This document shows positions 16,847 to 25,642 of a stretch of 26,366 nt of DNA, one piece after another. The first letter of the stretch is position 1. Each line of letters starts with the position of its first letter. The stretch spans positions 1-26,366 of the forward strand of contig CAZIQC010000001.1 in assembly GCA_964541335.1 (NCBI GenBank), read 5' to 3'. The translations under genes and the position numbers were made by a program. Source of the stretch: an uncultured Oscillospiraceae bacterium (GTDB lineage Bacteria > Bacillota > Clostridia > UMGS1883). The notes under the pieces were generated by a model. The model was not told where the DNA came from, ran no database searches, and worked only from the letters and a program-made list of their open reading frames with translations.

Positions 16847-19267
16847 TTAAGTTACGGAAATCGGGTTTATGTCCGCCGAAACGGACAAATCCGATTTTAT
16901 TTTTCCGTATTTGGAATGAATTATTACGCGAAGCTCCTCAAGGAGGCTGTCGCTTATGCTGTCCGCCTTAATCAAAATTTTTCGGCGGTATCTTTTGTCC
17001 ACTTTGTACATAGGTGCTTTTGACGGACCGTAAAGCTTTACATTAAAGCTTCTGAGTGCAACGCGAAGCTCGCGGATTGTGTTTTCCGCACAAAGTTTTG
17101 CCTCGCTTTCGTCGGAGGAGCTTATCGTTATGCTTACAATGTCGCAAAACGGCGGATAACAAAACTCTTTGCGAAACATAATTTCCTCGTTGTAAAACGC
17201 TGTGTAATCCTGCTTGGCTGCCATAAGCAGCGTTTTGTTTTCGGGGCTGTAGGTTTGGATTACGGCGCGCCCCGGCTTTTGCCCGCGCCCCGCGCGCCCG
17301 CACACCTGCGTTATCAAATCAAAGGTGCGCTCCTGTGCACGAAAATCGTCGGCATTTAGGGCGGCATCCGCCGCCAATACGCCCACAAGCGTTACGTTTT
17401 CGAAATCCAGTCCTTTTGTTACCATTTGCGTGCCGAGCAAAATATCTCCGCCCTCGTCGGAAAATTTTTCAAGCAGCTTTTCGTGCCCGCATTTTCCGCT
17501 TGTGGTATCGGCGTCCATCCGCACAACCTTTGCCGTGGGGAAAATCGCCTTTATTTGCTCCTGCGCCTTTTGCGTTCCGCGGCCGAAGTCTTTTATGCGC
17601 TTGCTTTTGCACACCGGACACTCGGACGGGGCTTTTTCGCTGTGACCGCACCAGTGGCAGTTTAAAAGTGCGTCACCCTTATGATATGTAAGAGCAACAC
17701 TGCACGACGGACACATAAACACAAACCCGCAGTCGCGGCATGACACAAAGGTGGAATATCCGCGCCTGTTCAAAAAAAGAATGGTTTGTTCTTTGTTTTG
17801 CAGGTTCTTTTGTATTTCCGCGGCAAGCGCACGGCTGAGAACCGTTTTGTTCCCCTCGCGAAGCTCCTTGCGCATATCGGCAAGCATAACCGCGGGAAGA
17901 GCATTGTCGTTAAACCGCTTTTTCATTTCTATAAGCGTATATTCTCCGCTTTTTGCGCGTGCGTAGCTTTCGATCGACGGCGTTGCCGACGCCAGTACCA
18001 GCGGTATATGCGCACGCTTTGCGATAAAGCGCGCAATGTCACGCGTGTGGTAGCGGGGCGTGCGCTCCGACTTATAGGTTTGCTCGTGCTCTTCATCTAT
18101 TATAATAAGCCCGAGCTTGTCGCACGGGGAAAATATGCCGCTGCGCGCACCGATAATAAGCTTTGCCTCGCCGCGCTTTATTCTGCCCCATTCGTCGAAC
18201 CGCTCTCCCATTGAAAGCGCACTGTGTACAACGGCTATATCCGACCCGAAACGGGCATAGAAGCGCTGCGTCATTTGCGGTGTGAGCGAAATTTCGGGCA
18301 CAAGCACTATTGCTTGCTTTCCGCGGTTTATGCAAGAATGTACAAGCCGCATAAAAACCTCGGTTTTGCCGCTGCCGGTTACGCCGTGGAGAAGATAAAC
18401 GCCCTCGCCGCCGCACTGTACCGCCCGCACGGCGTTTTGCTGTTCGTTTGTAAGTGCGGGGGGATTGTCCGCGAGGCGCGCCTTCCCGTCTTGGGGATTG
18501 CGCGGCACAGCTACCGTGCGTATTTTAACAAGCCCCTTTAAAGCCAAATCCTCCACGCTTTTTCGCGAAATCTTTAGGCTGCGGCACAGCTCGGAAACGG
18601 GAGCTTGAGTGTTTTCAGCCAAAAAATCCAACACCGCCGCCTGTGCCGGTGCGGCGCGTCTTATCGATTGTGCCGCCGTGTATATATCATAGCTTCCGCA
18701 ATAGCTGACAACGCTTCTCGTTTTTTCGGCGGCGGCTCGCTTATCGCGATAGCTTTTTTCGGCGATACCGCTTTTTACAAGTGCGCGCACCGTCAAAAGT
18801 GCCCCGCGCCCGAGTGCGGCTTTTATTTGTTCCGACTCTGCCGCGCCGCCCTGCTCCTCTATAAGGCGAACCAGCTTTTTTTGTGCGGGAGTGAGCGAGG
18901 CAACCTCCGGCTTCTTTATGCTTATCCATTCTTCAAAGCGCGCATTGCTCCCCGGCGGAAGCATAAGCCGCGCCGCCTCGTAAAAGGTGCAAAAACAGCT
19001 CTCGCGCATATAAAAGCACAGCTCGATTGCCGATTTTGTAAGCACGGGGAAAGCGTCCGTCACGGAGGAAAGCTGCTTTAAATTGTCAAAATCGCTTTTT
19101 TCCGAAAGCTCGGTTATTATTGCCTCCCGCGGGCGGTTGCCCGCGCCGAACGGCACGCGCACGCGCACGCCGCGGCACACCTTGCCCTCAAGCTCTTGCG
19201 GTACGGCATAGTCAAACGGTTTGTCAATATTAAGATTGCCTGTATTTATATAAACTCGGGCAATCAT
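16847..19267 (-). CDS. priA: Primosomal protein N' (replication restart helicase)
   Basis: DKPFDY 3'-binding domain, GVTGSGKTEV, DEEH, two Zn motifs (CRDC..CPSC, CHWC..CPVC), QVCGRAGR. Confidence 0.97.
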   Translation of the reverse strand: MIARVYINTGNLNIDKPFDYAVPQELEGKVCRGVRVRVPFGAGNRPREAIITELSEKSDFDNLKQLSSVTDAFPVLTKSAIELCFYMRESCFCTFYEAARLMLPPGSNARFEEWISIKKPEVASLTPAQKKLVRLIEEQGGAAESEQIKAALGRGALLTVRALVKSGIAEKSYRDKRAAAEKTRSVVSYCGSYDIYTAAQSIRRAAPAQAAVLDFLAENTQAPVSELCRSLKISRKSVEDLALKGLVKIRTVAVPRNPQDGKARLADNPPALTNEQQNAVRAVQCGGEGVYLLHGVTGSGKTEVFMRLVHSCINRGKQAIVLVPEISLTPQMTQRFYARFGSDIAVVHSALSMGERFDEWGRIKRGEAKLIIGARSGIFSPCDKLGLIIIDEEHEQTYKSERTPRYHTRDIARFIAKRAHIPLVLASATPSIESYARAKSGEYTLIEMKKRFNDNALPAVMLADMRKELREGNKTVLSRALAAEIQKNLQNKEQTILFLNRRGYSTFVSCRDCGFVFMCPSCSVALTYHKGDALLNCHWCGHSEKAPSECPVCKSKRIKDFGRGTQKAQEQIKAIFPTAKVVRMDADTTSGKCGHEKLLEKFSDEGGDILLGTQMVTKGLDFENVTLVGVLAADAALNADDFRAQERTFDLITQVCGRAGRGQKPGRAVIQTYSPENKTLLMAAKQDYTAFYNEEIMFRKEFCYPPFCDIVSITISSSDESEAKLCAENTIRELRVALRSFNVKLYGPSKAPMYKVDKRYRRKILIKADSISDSLLEELRVIIHSKYGKIKSDLSVSADINPISVT

Positions 19268-19270
19268 TGT

Positions 19271-19462
19271 TTAATTTTGCTCGGCTTCGCCGTGGCGTAC
19301 AACGTGTATTTTTTTGTTTGCAATTTCGTTTATCGCGCGCGAAACGGTTTTATCGTCGCTCGTTTCGGAAGCAAGCTGACGAGCGCGCTTTGCCGCAACG
19401 ATAACAAGCGAATAGCGCGAGTCCATACCTTCCATAAGCTTTGAAATTTCGGGATACAACAT
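19271..19462 (-). CDS. rpoZ: RNA polymerase omega subunit
   Basis: MLYPEISKL..DSRYSLVIVAAKRARQL; position after gmk. ATG 19462 fits the AAAGG spacing better than 19471. Confidence 0.92.
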   Translation of the reverse strand: MLYPEISKLMEGMDSRYSLVIVAAKRARQLASETSDDKTVSRAINEIANKKIHVVRHGEAEQN

Positions 19463-19485
19463 ATTTCTCATAACCTTTCTTTGTT

Positions 19486-20094
19486 TTATTTCAAAAATTC
19501 TTCGTTTACAAAATCAATGCGGCGCGGCAAACGGCACTTTTCCGCCCGCACCACCGCGGAAAGTGCGGCAACGGTGTCCGTAACGGAGTCGTTCACCAGC
19601 ACATAGTTGTACTTTTCCACAAAGCACAGCTCTTTGTCAAAGCGTGCAAGGCGGTCGGCTATCACGTCGTCCGTTTCGGTGTTTCTTCCGCGCAACCGCT
19701 CTTCGAGAGCTTTTCTGGACGGCGGCAAAACAAATATAAAAACAGCCTCGGGATAACGGCTTCTTACCTGCATTGCGCCCTGAACCTCGATTTCCAATAT
19801 AACGTCGGTTCCTGTTTCCAGCATTTCAAGCACGCGGCTTTTCGGCGTACCGTAATAATTGCCGCAAAACCGAGCATATTCCAAAAACTCGTCCTCGCGG
19901 ATTTTTTCTTCAAACGCCTCCTTTGAAAGAAAATAGTAGCTTTCCGCTTCCTTTTCTCCCTCGCGCGGGGCGCGCGTGGTTGCCGATATCGACAGTGCGC
20001 AGTCTTTGTTTTGCCTGATATATTCCGCGCACACCGTTCCCTTGCCCGCACCCGACGGACCGGATATTACCATAAGCAAGCCTTTGTTTTTCAT
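19486..20094 (-). CDS. gmk: Guanylate kinase
   Basis: [34 protein letters not shown]. Confidence 0.97.
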   Translation of the reverse strand: MKNKGLLMVISGPSGAGKGTVCAEYIRQNKDCALSISATTRAPREGEKEAESYYFLSKEAFEEKIREDEFLEYARFCGNYYGTPKSRVLEMLETGTDVILEIEVQGAMQVRSRYPEAVFIFVLPPSRKALEERLRGRNTETDDVIADRLARFDKELCFVEKYNYVLVNDSVTDTVAALSAVVRAEKCRLPRRIDFVNEEFLK

Positions 20095-20360
20095 TGCGCT
20101 TCGTCCTTCCCGTCGGAGCTGTCATCCGACATATTTTTTCGCTGTGCTATTGCTTCGGTTCCTATTGCGGAAAGCACCACGTGCCCGCTGTCCGTCACGA
20201 TAACGCTTTTTGTTTTGCGCCCGTAGGTGGCGTCGATAAGCATTCCACCCTCACGAGCGTCCTGCACAAGCCTTTTGACGGGCGCACTGTCGGGCGTAAC
20301 AACGCTCACTATGCGTATATCGGATACCAAATTTCCGAAGCCGATGTTTATAAGCTTCAT
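20091..20360 (-). CDS. remA: RemA/DUF370 (YlzA) family regulator
   Basis: [51 protein letters not shown]; 89 aa from ATG 20360 (RBS GAGGT). Confidence 0.93.
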   Translation of the reverse strand: MKLINIGFGNLVSDIRIVSVVTPDSAPVKRLVQDAREGGMLIDATYGRKTKSVIVTDSGHVVLSAIGTEAIAQRKNMSDDSSDGKDEAQ

Positions 20361-20370
20361 ACGTACTACC

Positions 20371-21249
20371 TCACTCGATATTCTGCACTTGCTCGCGCAG
20401 CTTTTCAATTTCCGCTTTTACGTCGATTACCGTGCGTGCGATTTCAAGGTCGTTCGATTTCGAACCCACGGTGTTTATCTCGCGGTTCATCTCCTGAATT
20501 ATAAAATCCATCTTCCGCCCGACGGGGGTGCTTCCCTCAAGCATTGCGCGAAGCTGGCTTATGTGACTTTTTAAGCGCACCACCTCTTCGTTAATGTCGG
20601 TTTTATCGGCAAAAACGGCAACCTCGGTCATAAGGCGCGCCTCGTCGTAAGATGTGCTTTGCAAAATTTCTTTCATACGCTCCGCAAGCTTTTTTTCGTA
20701 TTCCGCATTTACAACGGGGGAACGCTTTTCGACAAGCAGTGTGGCGTTTTCTATAAAGTCGAGCCTTGCACGCAAATCGGCACACAGCTTTTCGCCCTCG
20801 ATTGTGCGCGCAGCGTCGAAAGCGTTCAGCGCTTCACTAAGTGCCTCTTTAAGGCAGGCGGCGGTTTCCTCCTCGTTTTCCTCGGTTTTTTTTACGGTGA
20901 AAACGTCGGGGATTTTCAAAAAATCCGCCGCACTTATCTCGTTTTTTATTCCAAGCTCGCGGCAAAGAAGCTCTATAGCCGCACCGTAGCTTTTTGCCAG
21001 GGGCAAATTCACCTCGGCACTGCCGCACGCATCACCCTCGCCGTCGGCATTTACATATACGTCGACCTTGCCGCGGTTTATTCTTTCCGTGCAGGCTTTG
21101 CGCACCGTTTCCTCCAAAAAAGATAAGCTTCGCGGAAGCTTTATCGAAAAATCGCCGTAGCGGCAGTTTACGGACTTTATCTCCACGCAAAATGTCCTCC
21201 CGCCGAAAACGCATTTTCCGCTTCCGTAGCCTGTCATACTTTTAATCAT
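20371..21249 (-). CDS. yicC: YicC/YloC family endoribonuclease
   Basis: [59 protein letters not shown]. Confidence 0.95.
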   Translation of the reverse strand: MIKSMTGYGSGKCVFGGRTFCVEIKSVNCRYGDFSIKLPRSLSFLEETVRKACTERINRGKVDVYVNADGEGDACGSAEVNLPLAKSYGAAIELLCRELGIKNEISAADFLKIPDVFTVKKTEENEEETAACLKEALSEALNAFDAARTIEGEKLCADLRARLDFIENATLLVEKRSPVVNAEYEKKLAERMKEILQSTSYDEARLMTEVAVFADKTDINEEVVRLKSHISQLRAMLEGSTPVGRKMDFIIQEMNREINTVGSKSNDLEIARTVIDVKAEIEKLREQVQNIE

Positions 21250-21302
21250 AAAATCATATCCTTTGCACCGATGTATAAAAGGGCATAATAACTTATTTTG
21301 AT

Positions 21303-21332
21303 ATTATACCACACGCGAAGCGTTTTCGTCAA
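21303..21332 (-). promoter_or_regulatory. sigmaA-type promoter of the yicC...cyclo-ligase operon
   Basis: TTGACG (21327-21332), 18-nt spacer, TATAAT (21303-21308), with extended -10 TG. Confidence 0.78.
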
Positions 21333-21478
21333 CTGTTTTTACCGATTGACAATCCGACGGCGCTTTTTGACTACGCTTTTTTATGCGGTAAATGTTTAAC
21401 CGCGTAACTTTGGTAATGTTAAAATCAAAGAGAAAAGCCCGCTTCACGTCAAGAAATTAACGGTTCGGCAAAAATCTC

Positions 21479-21507
21479 TTGACATTTTGCGCATAAAAAG
21501 GTAAAAT
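21479..21507 (+). promoter_or_regulatory. sigmaA-type promoter of the liv operon
   Basis: TTGACA (21479-21484), 17-nt spacer, TAAAAT (21502-21507). A further TATAAT lies at 21513-21518. Confidence 0.78.
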
Positions 21508-21549
21508 TGATGTATAATTCCATATTTCTTTTATGAAAGGATGTTCACA

Positions 21550-22734
21550 ATGAAAAAATCATTGGCATTACTCTTGGCTTTGTGCCTTACGGTATTCTGC
21601 TTTGCCGGCTGCGGCTCGAAAGACAATTCCGCATCCGACGGCGGGGCGGATGTTATCAAAATCGGCGTTTTCGAACCCGCCTCGGGCGATAACGGCGCGG
21701 GCGGAAAGCAGGAAACCCTCGGCGTTCAATATGCAAACGATGAAACGAATACCGTTGAAATAGGCGGTAAGACGTACAACGTTAAGCTTGAAATCGTGGA
21801 TAACGAATCCTCGAACGACAAAGCACCGACCGCGGCGCAAAACCTTGTAAGCAAGGGAGTGTCGATAGTGCTCGGCTCTTACGGCAGCGGCGTGTCGATA
21901 GCGGCGTCTTCGATATTTGAGCAGGCAAACGTGCCGGCACTCGGTATCACTTGCACAAATCCGCAGGTAACGGAGGGCAATTCGCACTATTTCCGCATTT
22001 GCTTCCTCGACCCGTTCCAGGGCACTGTTTTGGCAAACTATGCGGTTGACTCCTTTAAGGCGAAAAAAGCATACTGCCTGGCTAAGCTCGGCGACGACTA
22101 CTCCAAGGGACTTTCGCACTATTTCCAAAAGGCGTTCACGGAGCTTGGCGGCGAGGTTATTGCCGAGGAATTTCAGGAGGGTAACAGTGATTTCACATCT
22201 TATATAACAAAGGCAAAAAATGCCGGTGCGGATGTGTTCTTTGCTCCCGTTTCCACGGAGGCGGCGGCTCTTATAATAGAGCAGGCGGCTTCTCAGGGAC
22301 TTAATGTTCCGCTTATGGCGGGAGACACTTGGGACAGCAACGTTATTCTTAACGCCGCAAAGGGCAAGGACGTTAAAATATTTGTTACAACCTTCTATCA
22401 GGAGGGCGGCAACCAAAAATTCGACGACGGCATAAAGGCTTGGATAAACGCCGATTCCACACGTCTTGCCAACAACGGCGGCGACGACACGGTATCGGGA
22501 CTTACGGCGATGGGGTATGACGCATACTATACCGCGCTTGAAGCAATCAAGGCGGCGGGTTCGGCTAAGCCGGCAGACGTTATGGCGGCGCTCGGCTCGG
22601 TTAATTACACGGGTGTTTCGGGCAATATTTCGTTTGACGAAACGGGCGACGCAATCCGCGACAAGGCATTTGTAAAAACGGCAAACACGCAGACGGGTGC
22701 GTGGGATTTCGTGGCGGAACAGGGCGTAAAATAA
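21550..22734 (+). CDS. livK: Branched-chain amino acid ABC transporter substrate-binding lipoprotein (LivK/LivJ family)
   Basis: Signal peptide MKKSLALLLAL with lipobox FAG-C, IKIGVFEP, GSYGSGVS, RICFLDPFQG, GYDAY, GVSGNISFDETGD. Start moved to ATG 21550 after GAAAGGA. Actual ligand not provable from sequence. Confidence 0.9.
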   Translation: MKKSLALLLALCLTVFCFAGCGSKDNSASDGGADVIKIGVFEPASGDNGAGGKQETLGVQYANDETNTVEIGGKTYNVKLEIVDNESSNDKAPTAAQNLVSKGVSIVLGSYGSGVSIAASSIFEQANVPALGITCTNPQVTEGNSHYFRICFLDPFQGTVLANYAVDSFKAKKAYCLAKLGDDYSKGLSHYFQKAFTELGGEVIAEEFQEGNSDFTSYITKAKNAGADVFFAPVSTEAAALIIEQAASQGLNVPLMAGDTWDSNVILNAAKGKDVKIFVTTFYQEGGNQKFDDGIKAWINADSTRLANNGGDDTVSGLTAMGYDAYYTALEAIKAAGSAKPADVMAALGSVNYTGVSGNISFDETGDAIRDKAFVKTANTQTGAWDFVAEQGVK

Positions 22735-22769
22735 ACCGCTTTCGGTTTCGGCTTTAATTTCGGCACAAT

Positions 22770-22805
22770 AATTGACGGAAAGCGCACACGCGTTTTCCGT
22801 CAATT
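22770..22805 (+). terminator. Intercistronic stem-loop after livK (partial terminator or mRNA stabiliser)
   Basis: 12-bp arms AATTGACGGAAA / TTTCCGTCAATT with inner GCG-CACA-CGC; only a short U tail. Confidence 0.6.
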
Positions 22806-22839
22806 TGAAATTTACAATACATTTTTTCGGAGGAATGTT

Positions 22840-23724
22840 ATGAACTGGTTGGCAAAAAACCTGCCGTATCTTATGGCGGGAATATCCGTCGGCGGTCAAT
22901 ATGCGCTGATTGCGATAGGCTACACAATGGTTTACGGTATTTTGCGGCTTATAAACTTTGCCCACGGCGATATTTTTATGATTGCCGGGCTTTTGATGGT
23001 TTATTCGTGCACGGTGTTCCCGATATACGCTGCCATTCCGCTTGTGCTTATCGCCACGGTAATATTGGGCGTTGTTATAGAAAAGGCGGCATACAGCCCG
23101 CTTAGGCAGGCACCGAGAATGTCGGTTATGATTTCGGCAATCGGCGTAAGCTATTTGCTCCAAAATCTCGGACTTTACATCACGGGCGGATTAAATCAAA
23201 ACTATCCCACAATTCCGTGGATCAGCGACACAGTAACGGTGCTTTCGTGCACGGTTAAGCGAGTTACGGTGATAACACCCGTGCTTACACTTGTTTTGGT
23301 GCTTTTGTTGGTTGCGCTTATAAAATATACGAAAATAGGTATGGCTATGCGCTCCGCCTCGGTTGATTTCGAAACCTCGCAGCTTATGGGCATAAAAATA
23401 AATTCGGTTATCAGTATGACGTTTGTTATAGGCTCTTTCCTTGCGGCGGTCGGAAGTATGCTGTATTTTACCAATTACACGGGAATAGTTCCCACATCGG
23501 GCGCAATGCCGGGGCTTAAAGCGTTTGTTGCGGCGGTATTCGGCGGAATAGGTTCGATACCGGGTGCGGTTGTGGGTGCATTCATCATCGGAATATGCGA
23601 AAATATAATAAAGGGTGTCGGTTGGACAACTTTTTCGGACGCGTTCACCTTTGCATTGCTGATTGTAATTCTCGTTGCCAAGCCTACGGGGCTGTTCGGC
23701 GAGAAAAATACGGATAAGGTGTGA
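22840..23724 (+). CDS. livH: Branched-chain amino acid ABC transporter permease LivH
   Basis: YALIAIGYTMVYGILRLINFAHGD, GLKAFVAAVFGGIGSIPGA, KPTGLFG. RBS GGAGG. Confidence 0.95.
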   Translation: MNWLAKNLPYLMAGISVGGQYALIAIGYTMVYGILRLINFAHGDIFMIAGLLMVYSCTVFPIYAAIPLVLIATVILGVVIEKAAYSPLRQAPRMSVMISAIGVSYLLQNLGLYITGGLNQNYPTIPWISDTVTVLSCTVKRVTVITPVLTLVLVLLLVALIKYTKIGMAMRSASVDFETSQLMGIKINSVISMTFVIGSFLAAVGSMLYFTNYTGIVPTSGAMPGLKAFVAAVFGGIGSIPGAVVGAFIIGICENIIKGVGWTTFSDAFTFALLIVILVAKPTGLFGEKNTDKV

Positions 23725-23732
23725 GGTGCGCT

Positions 23733-24806
23733 ATGACAAAAAAAACAAGCAATATTATTTTTGCGGCTGTTATTGCCGCAATATATCTTACGGTGTTCGT
23801 TCTGGAAAAAACGCTTCTTCCCACATCAATGGTTTTCACCGTTTTGAAAAAGGGCGCGATTTATGCGCTTGTTGCCGTTTCAATGAACCTTTTAAACGGC
23901 TTCACGGGGCTGTTTTCTTTGGGACAGGCGGGCTTTATGCTTATCGGGGCATATACCTATGCAATACTTACCATTCCGCCGAGTGCGCGCGACTCCGTTT
24001 ATATGTATTTTGACGGCGGAGTTGTAAACTTTGCCTTGCCGGTGGCGGTTGCCATTCTTCTTGCGGGTATAGCGGCAATGCTGTTTGCGTTTTTAATCGG
24101 CTTGCCCGTGCTTCGCTTTAAAAGCGACTATCTTGCCATTGCCACGCTCGGATTTGCGGAGATTATCCGCGCGATTATGCAGTGGGATGTGCTCGGTCCC
24201 GTAACCAACGGCTCCAATCTTTTGAGAAATTTCCCCACATTTAAATCCACGCTTTTCCCCTTTGCGGTGTCGGGCGTGTGCATTGCGATAATCGTGCTTC
24301 TTATAAATTCGACCTACGGGCGTGCCTTTAAGGCAATTCGCGATGATGAAATCGCCGCCGAAACAATGGGCATAAACCTGGCGCGCCACAAGCAATATGC
24401 GTTTTGCATAAGCTCGTTTTTCGCGGGAATATCGGGTGCACTGTTGGCAATGTTTCAGTCCACGGTGCAGGCCGCACCGTTTAAATCCGCTATGACTTAC
24501 GAAATACTGCTTATCGTTGTAATCGGCGGTATCGGCTCGGTAACGGGCAGCTGCATAAGCTCGTTTTTGTTCATTGCGTGCAACGAATGGTGGCTTCGTT
24601 TCCTCGATTCGGAGCTTTATATAGGCGGCTTTAAGGTGCCGCTTCTTCGCCCGGGCTTCCGCAAGGTTGTATTTTCCGTGGGAATAATGATTATCGTGCT
24701 TTTCTTCCGCAAGGGAATAATGGGCGATAAGGAATTTTCGCCGCAAAGAATATACAATCGCTTTAAAAACAAATTTTCGAAAAACACCGAGGAGGCGACA
24801 AGGTAA
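23733..24806 (+). CDS. livM: Branched-chain amino acid ABC transporter permease LivM
   Basis: NLLNGFTGLFSLGQAGF, LRFKSDYLAIATLGFAEI, GRAFKAIRDDEIAA, VVIGGIGS. Start moved to ATG 23733 after GAGGTG. Confidence 0.94.
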   Translation: MTKKTSNIIFAAVIAAIYLTVFVLEKTLLPTSMVFTVLKKGAIYALVAVSMNLLNGFTGLFSLGQAGFMLIGAYTYAILTIPPSARDSVYMYFDGGVVNFALPVAVAILLAGIAAMLFAFLIGLPVLRFKSDYLAIATLGFAEIIRAIMQWDVLGPVTNGSNLLRNFPTFKSTLFPFAVSGVCIAIIVLLINSTYGRAFKAIRDDEIAAETMGINLARHKQYAFCISSFFAGISGALLAMFQSTVQAAPFKSAMTYEILLIVVIGGIGSVTGSCISSFLFIACNEWWLRFLDSELYIGGFKVPLLRPGFRKVVFSVGIMIIVLFFRKGIMGDKEFSPQRIYNRFKNKFSKNTEEATR

Positions 24807-25642
24807 TGAGTATTCTTGCATTAAACGACATCACAATGCAGTTCGGCGGTGTGGTTGCCGTAAACAATTTGTCGCTTAAAATAGAAAAAGGCGAGATAGT
24901 GTCGCTCATAGGTCCCAACGGGGCGGGCAAGACCACGGTTTTCAATGTGGTAACTGGCGTTTACGAGCCGACAAACGGCGAAATTTTGTTTAACGACCGA
25001 GTTATACTTTCAAACTATCCGCACGGAAAAATGAAAAAGCTGTATGCCGGCGAAAACAACGGAAAATATACGCGACAAATCGTAAAAACTCCCGATAAGG
25101 TAACGCACCTCGGAATGGCGCGCACGTTCCAAAACATTCGCCTTTTTAAATCGATGACGGTTTTTGAAAATGTTTTGGTCGCAAAGCATATGTTAAGAAG
25201 CAGCAATATTTTTTCGGCAACCCTCAGGCTCAACCGAGCGGAGGAGGAGCAAATGCGCGCATCCGCGCTTGAGCTGTTAAAAACAGTCGGGCTGGAGGAC
25301 GTAAAGGACGAGCCGGCAACCGCGCTTCCGTACGGAAAGCAGCGCCGACTCGAAATTGCGCGTGCACTTGCCACCAATCCGCAGCTTTTGCTGCTTGACG
25401 AACCCGCCGCGGGAATGAACCCGCAGGAAACGGCAGAGCTTACGAATTTCGTTCGCGAAATACGCGACAAATTCGATCTGTCCGTATTTTTGATAGAACA
25501 CCATATGAATATGGTTATGGATATTTCCGACAGAATTTACGTTATGGATTTCGGCAAGCTGATCGCGAACGGCGTGCCCCGCGAAATTCAGTCGGATCGG
25601 CGCGTGATAGACGCATACTTGGGGGTGAGCGAGGATGAGTAA
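24806..25642 (+). CDS. livG: Branched-chain amino acid ABC transporter ATP-binding protein LivG
   Basis: GPNGAGKTT, ARTFQNIRLF, LPYGKQRRLEIARAL, LLLDEPAAG, IEHHM, AYLG. Confidence 0.95.
   Translation: MSILALNDITMQFGGVVAVNNLSLKIEKGEIVSLIGPNGAGKTTVFNVVTGVYEPTNGEILFNDRVILSNYPHGKMKKLYAGENNGKYTRQIVKTPDKVTHLGMARTFQNIRLFKSMTVFENVLVAKHMLRSSNIFSATLRLNRAEEEQMRASALELLKTVGLEDVKDEPATALPYGKQRRLEIARALATNPQLLLLDEPAAGMNPQETAELTNFVREIRDKFDLSVFLIEHHMNMVMDISDRIYVMDFGKLIANGVPREIQSDRRVIDAYLGVSEDE

Noticed and set aside
21314-21329. cre/LacI-like AAGCGTTTTC in the yicC promoter spacer
   Set aside because: Left half-site does not match (about 10/14 to cre); too weak alone.
21450-21478. CodY box upstream of the liv promoter
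   Set aside because: The best alignment I found matches only about 8 of 15 positions of AATTTTCWGAAAATT.
21568-23163. 531-aa antisense ORF across livK and livH
   Set aside because: In codon register with both sense genes; no protein-like motifs. Shadow ORF.
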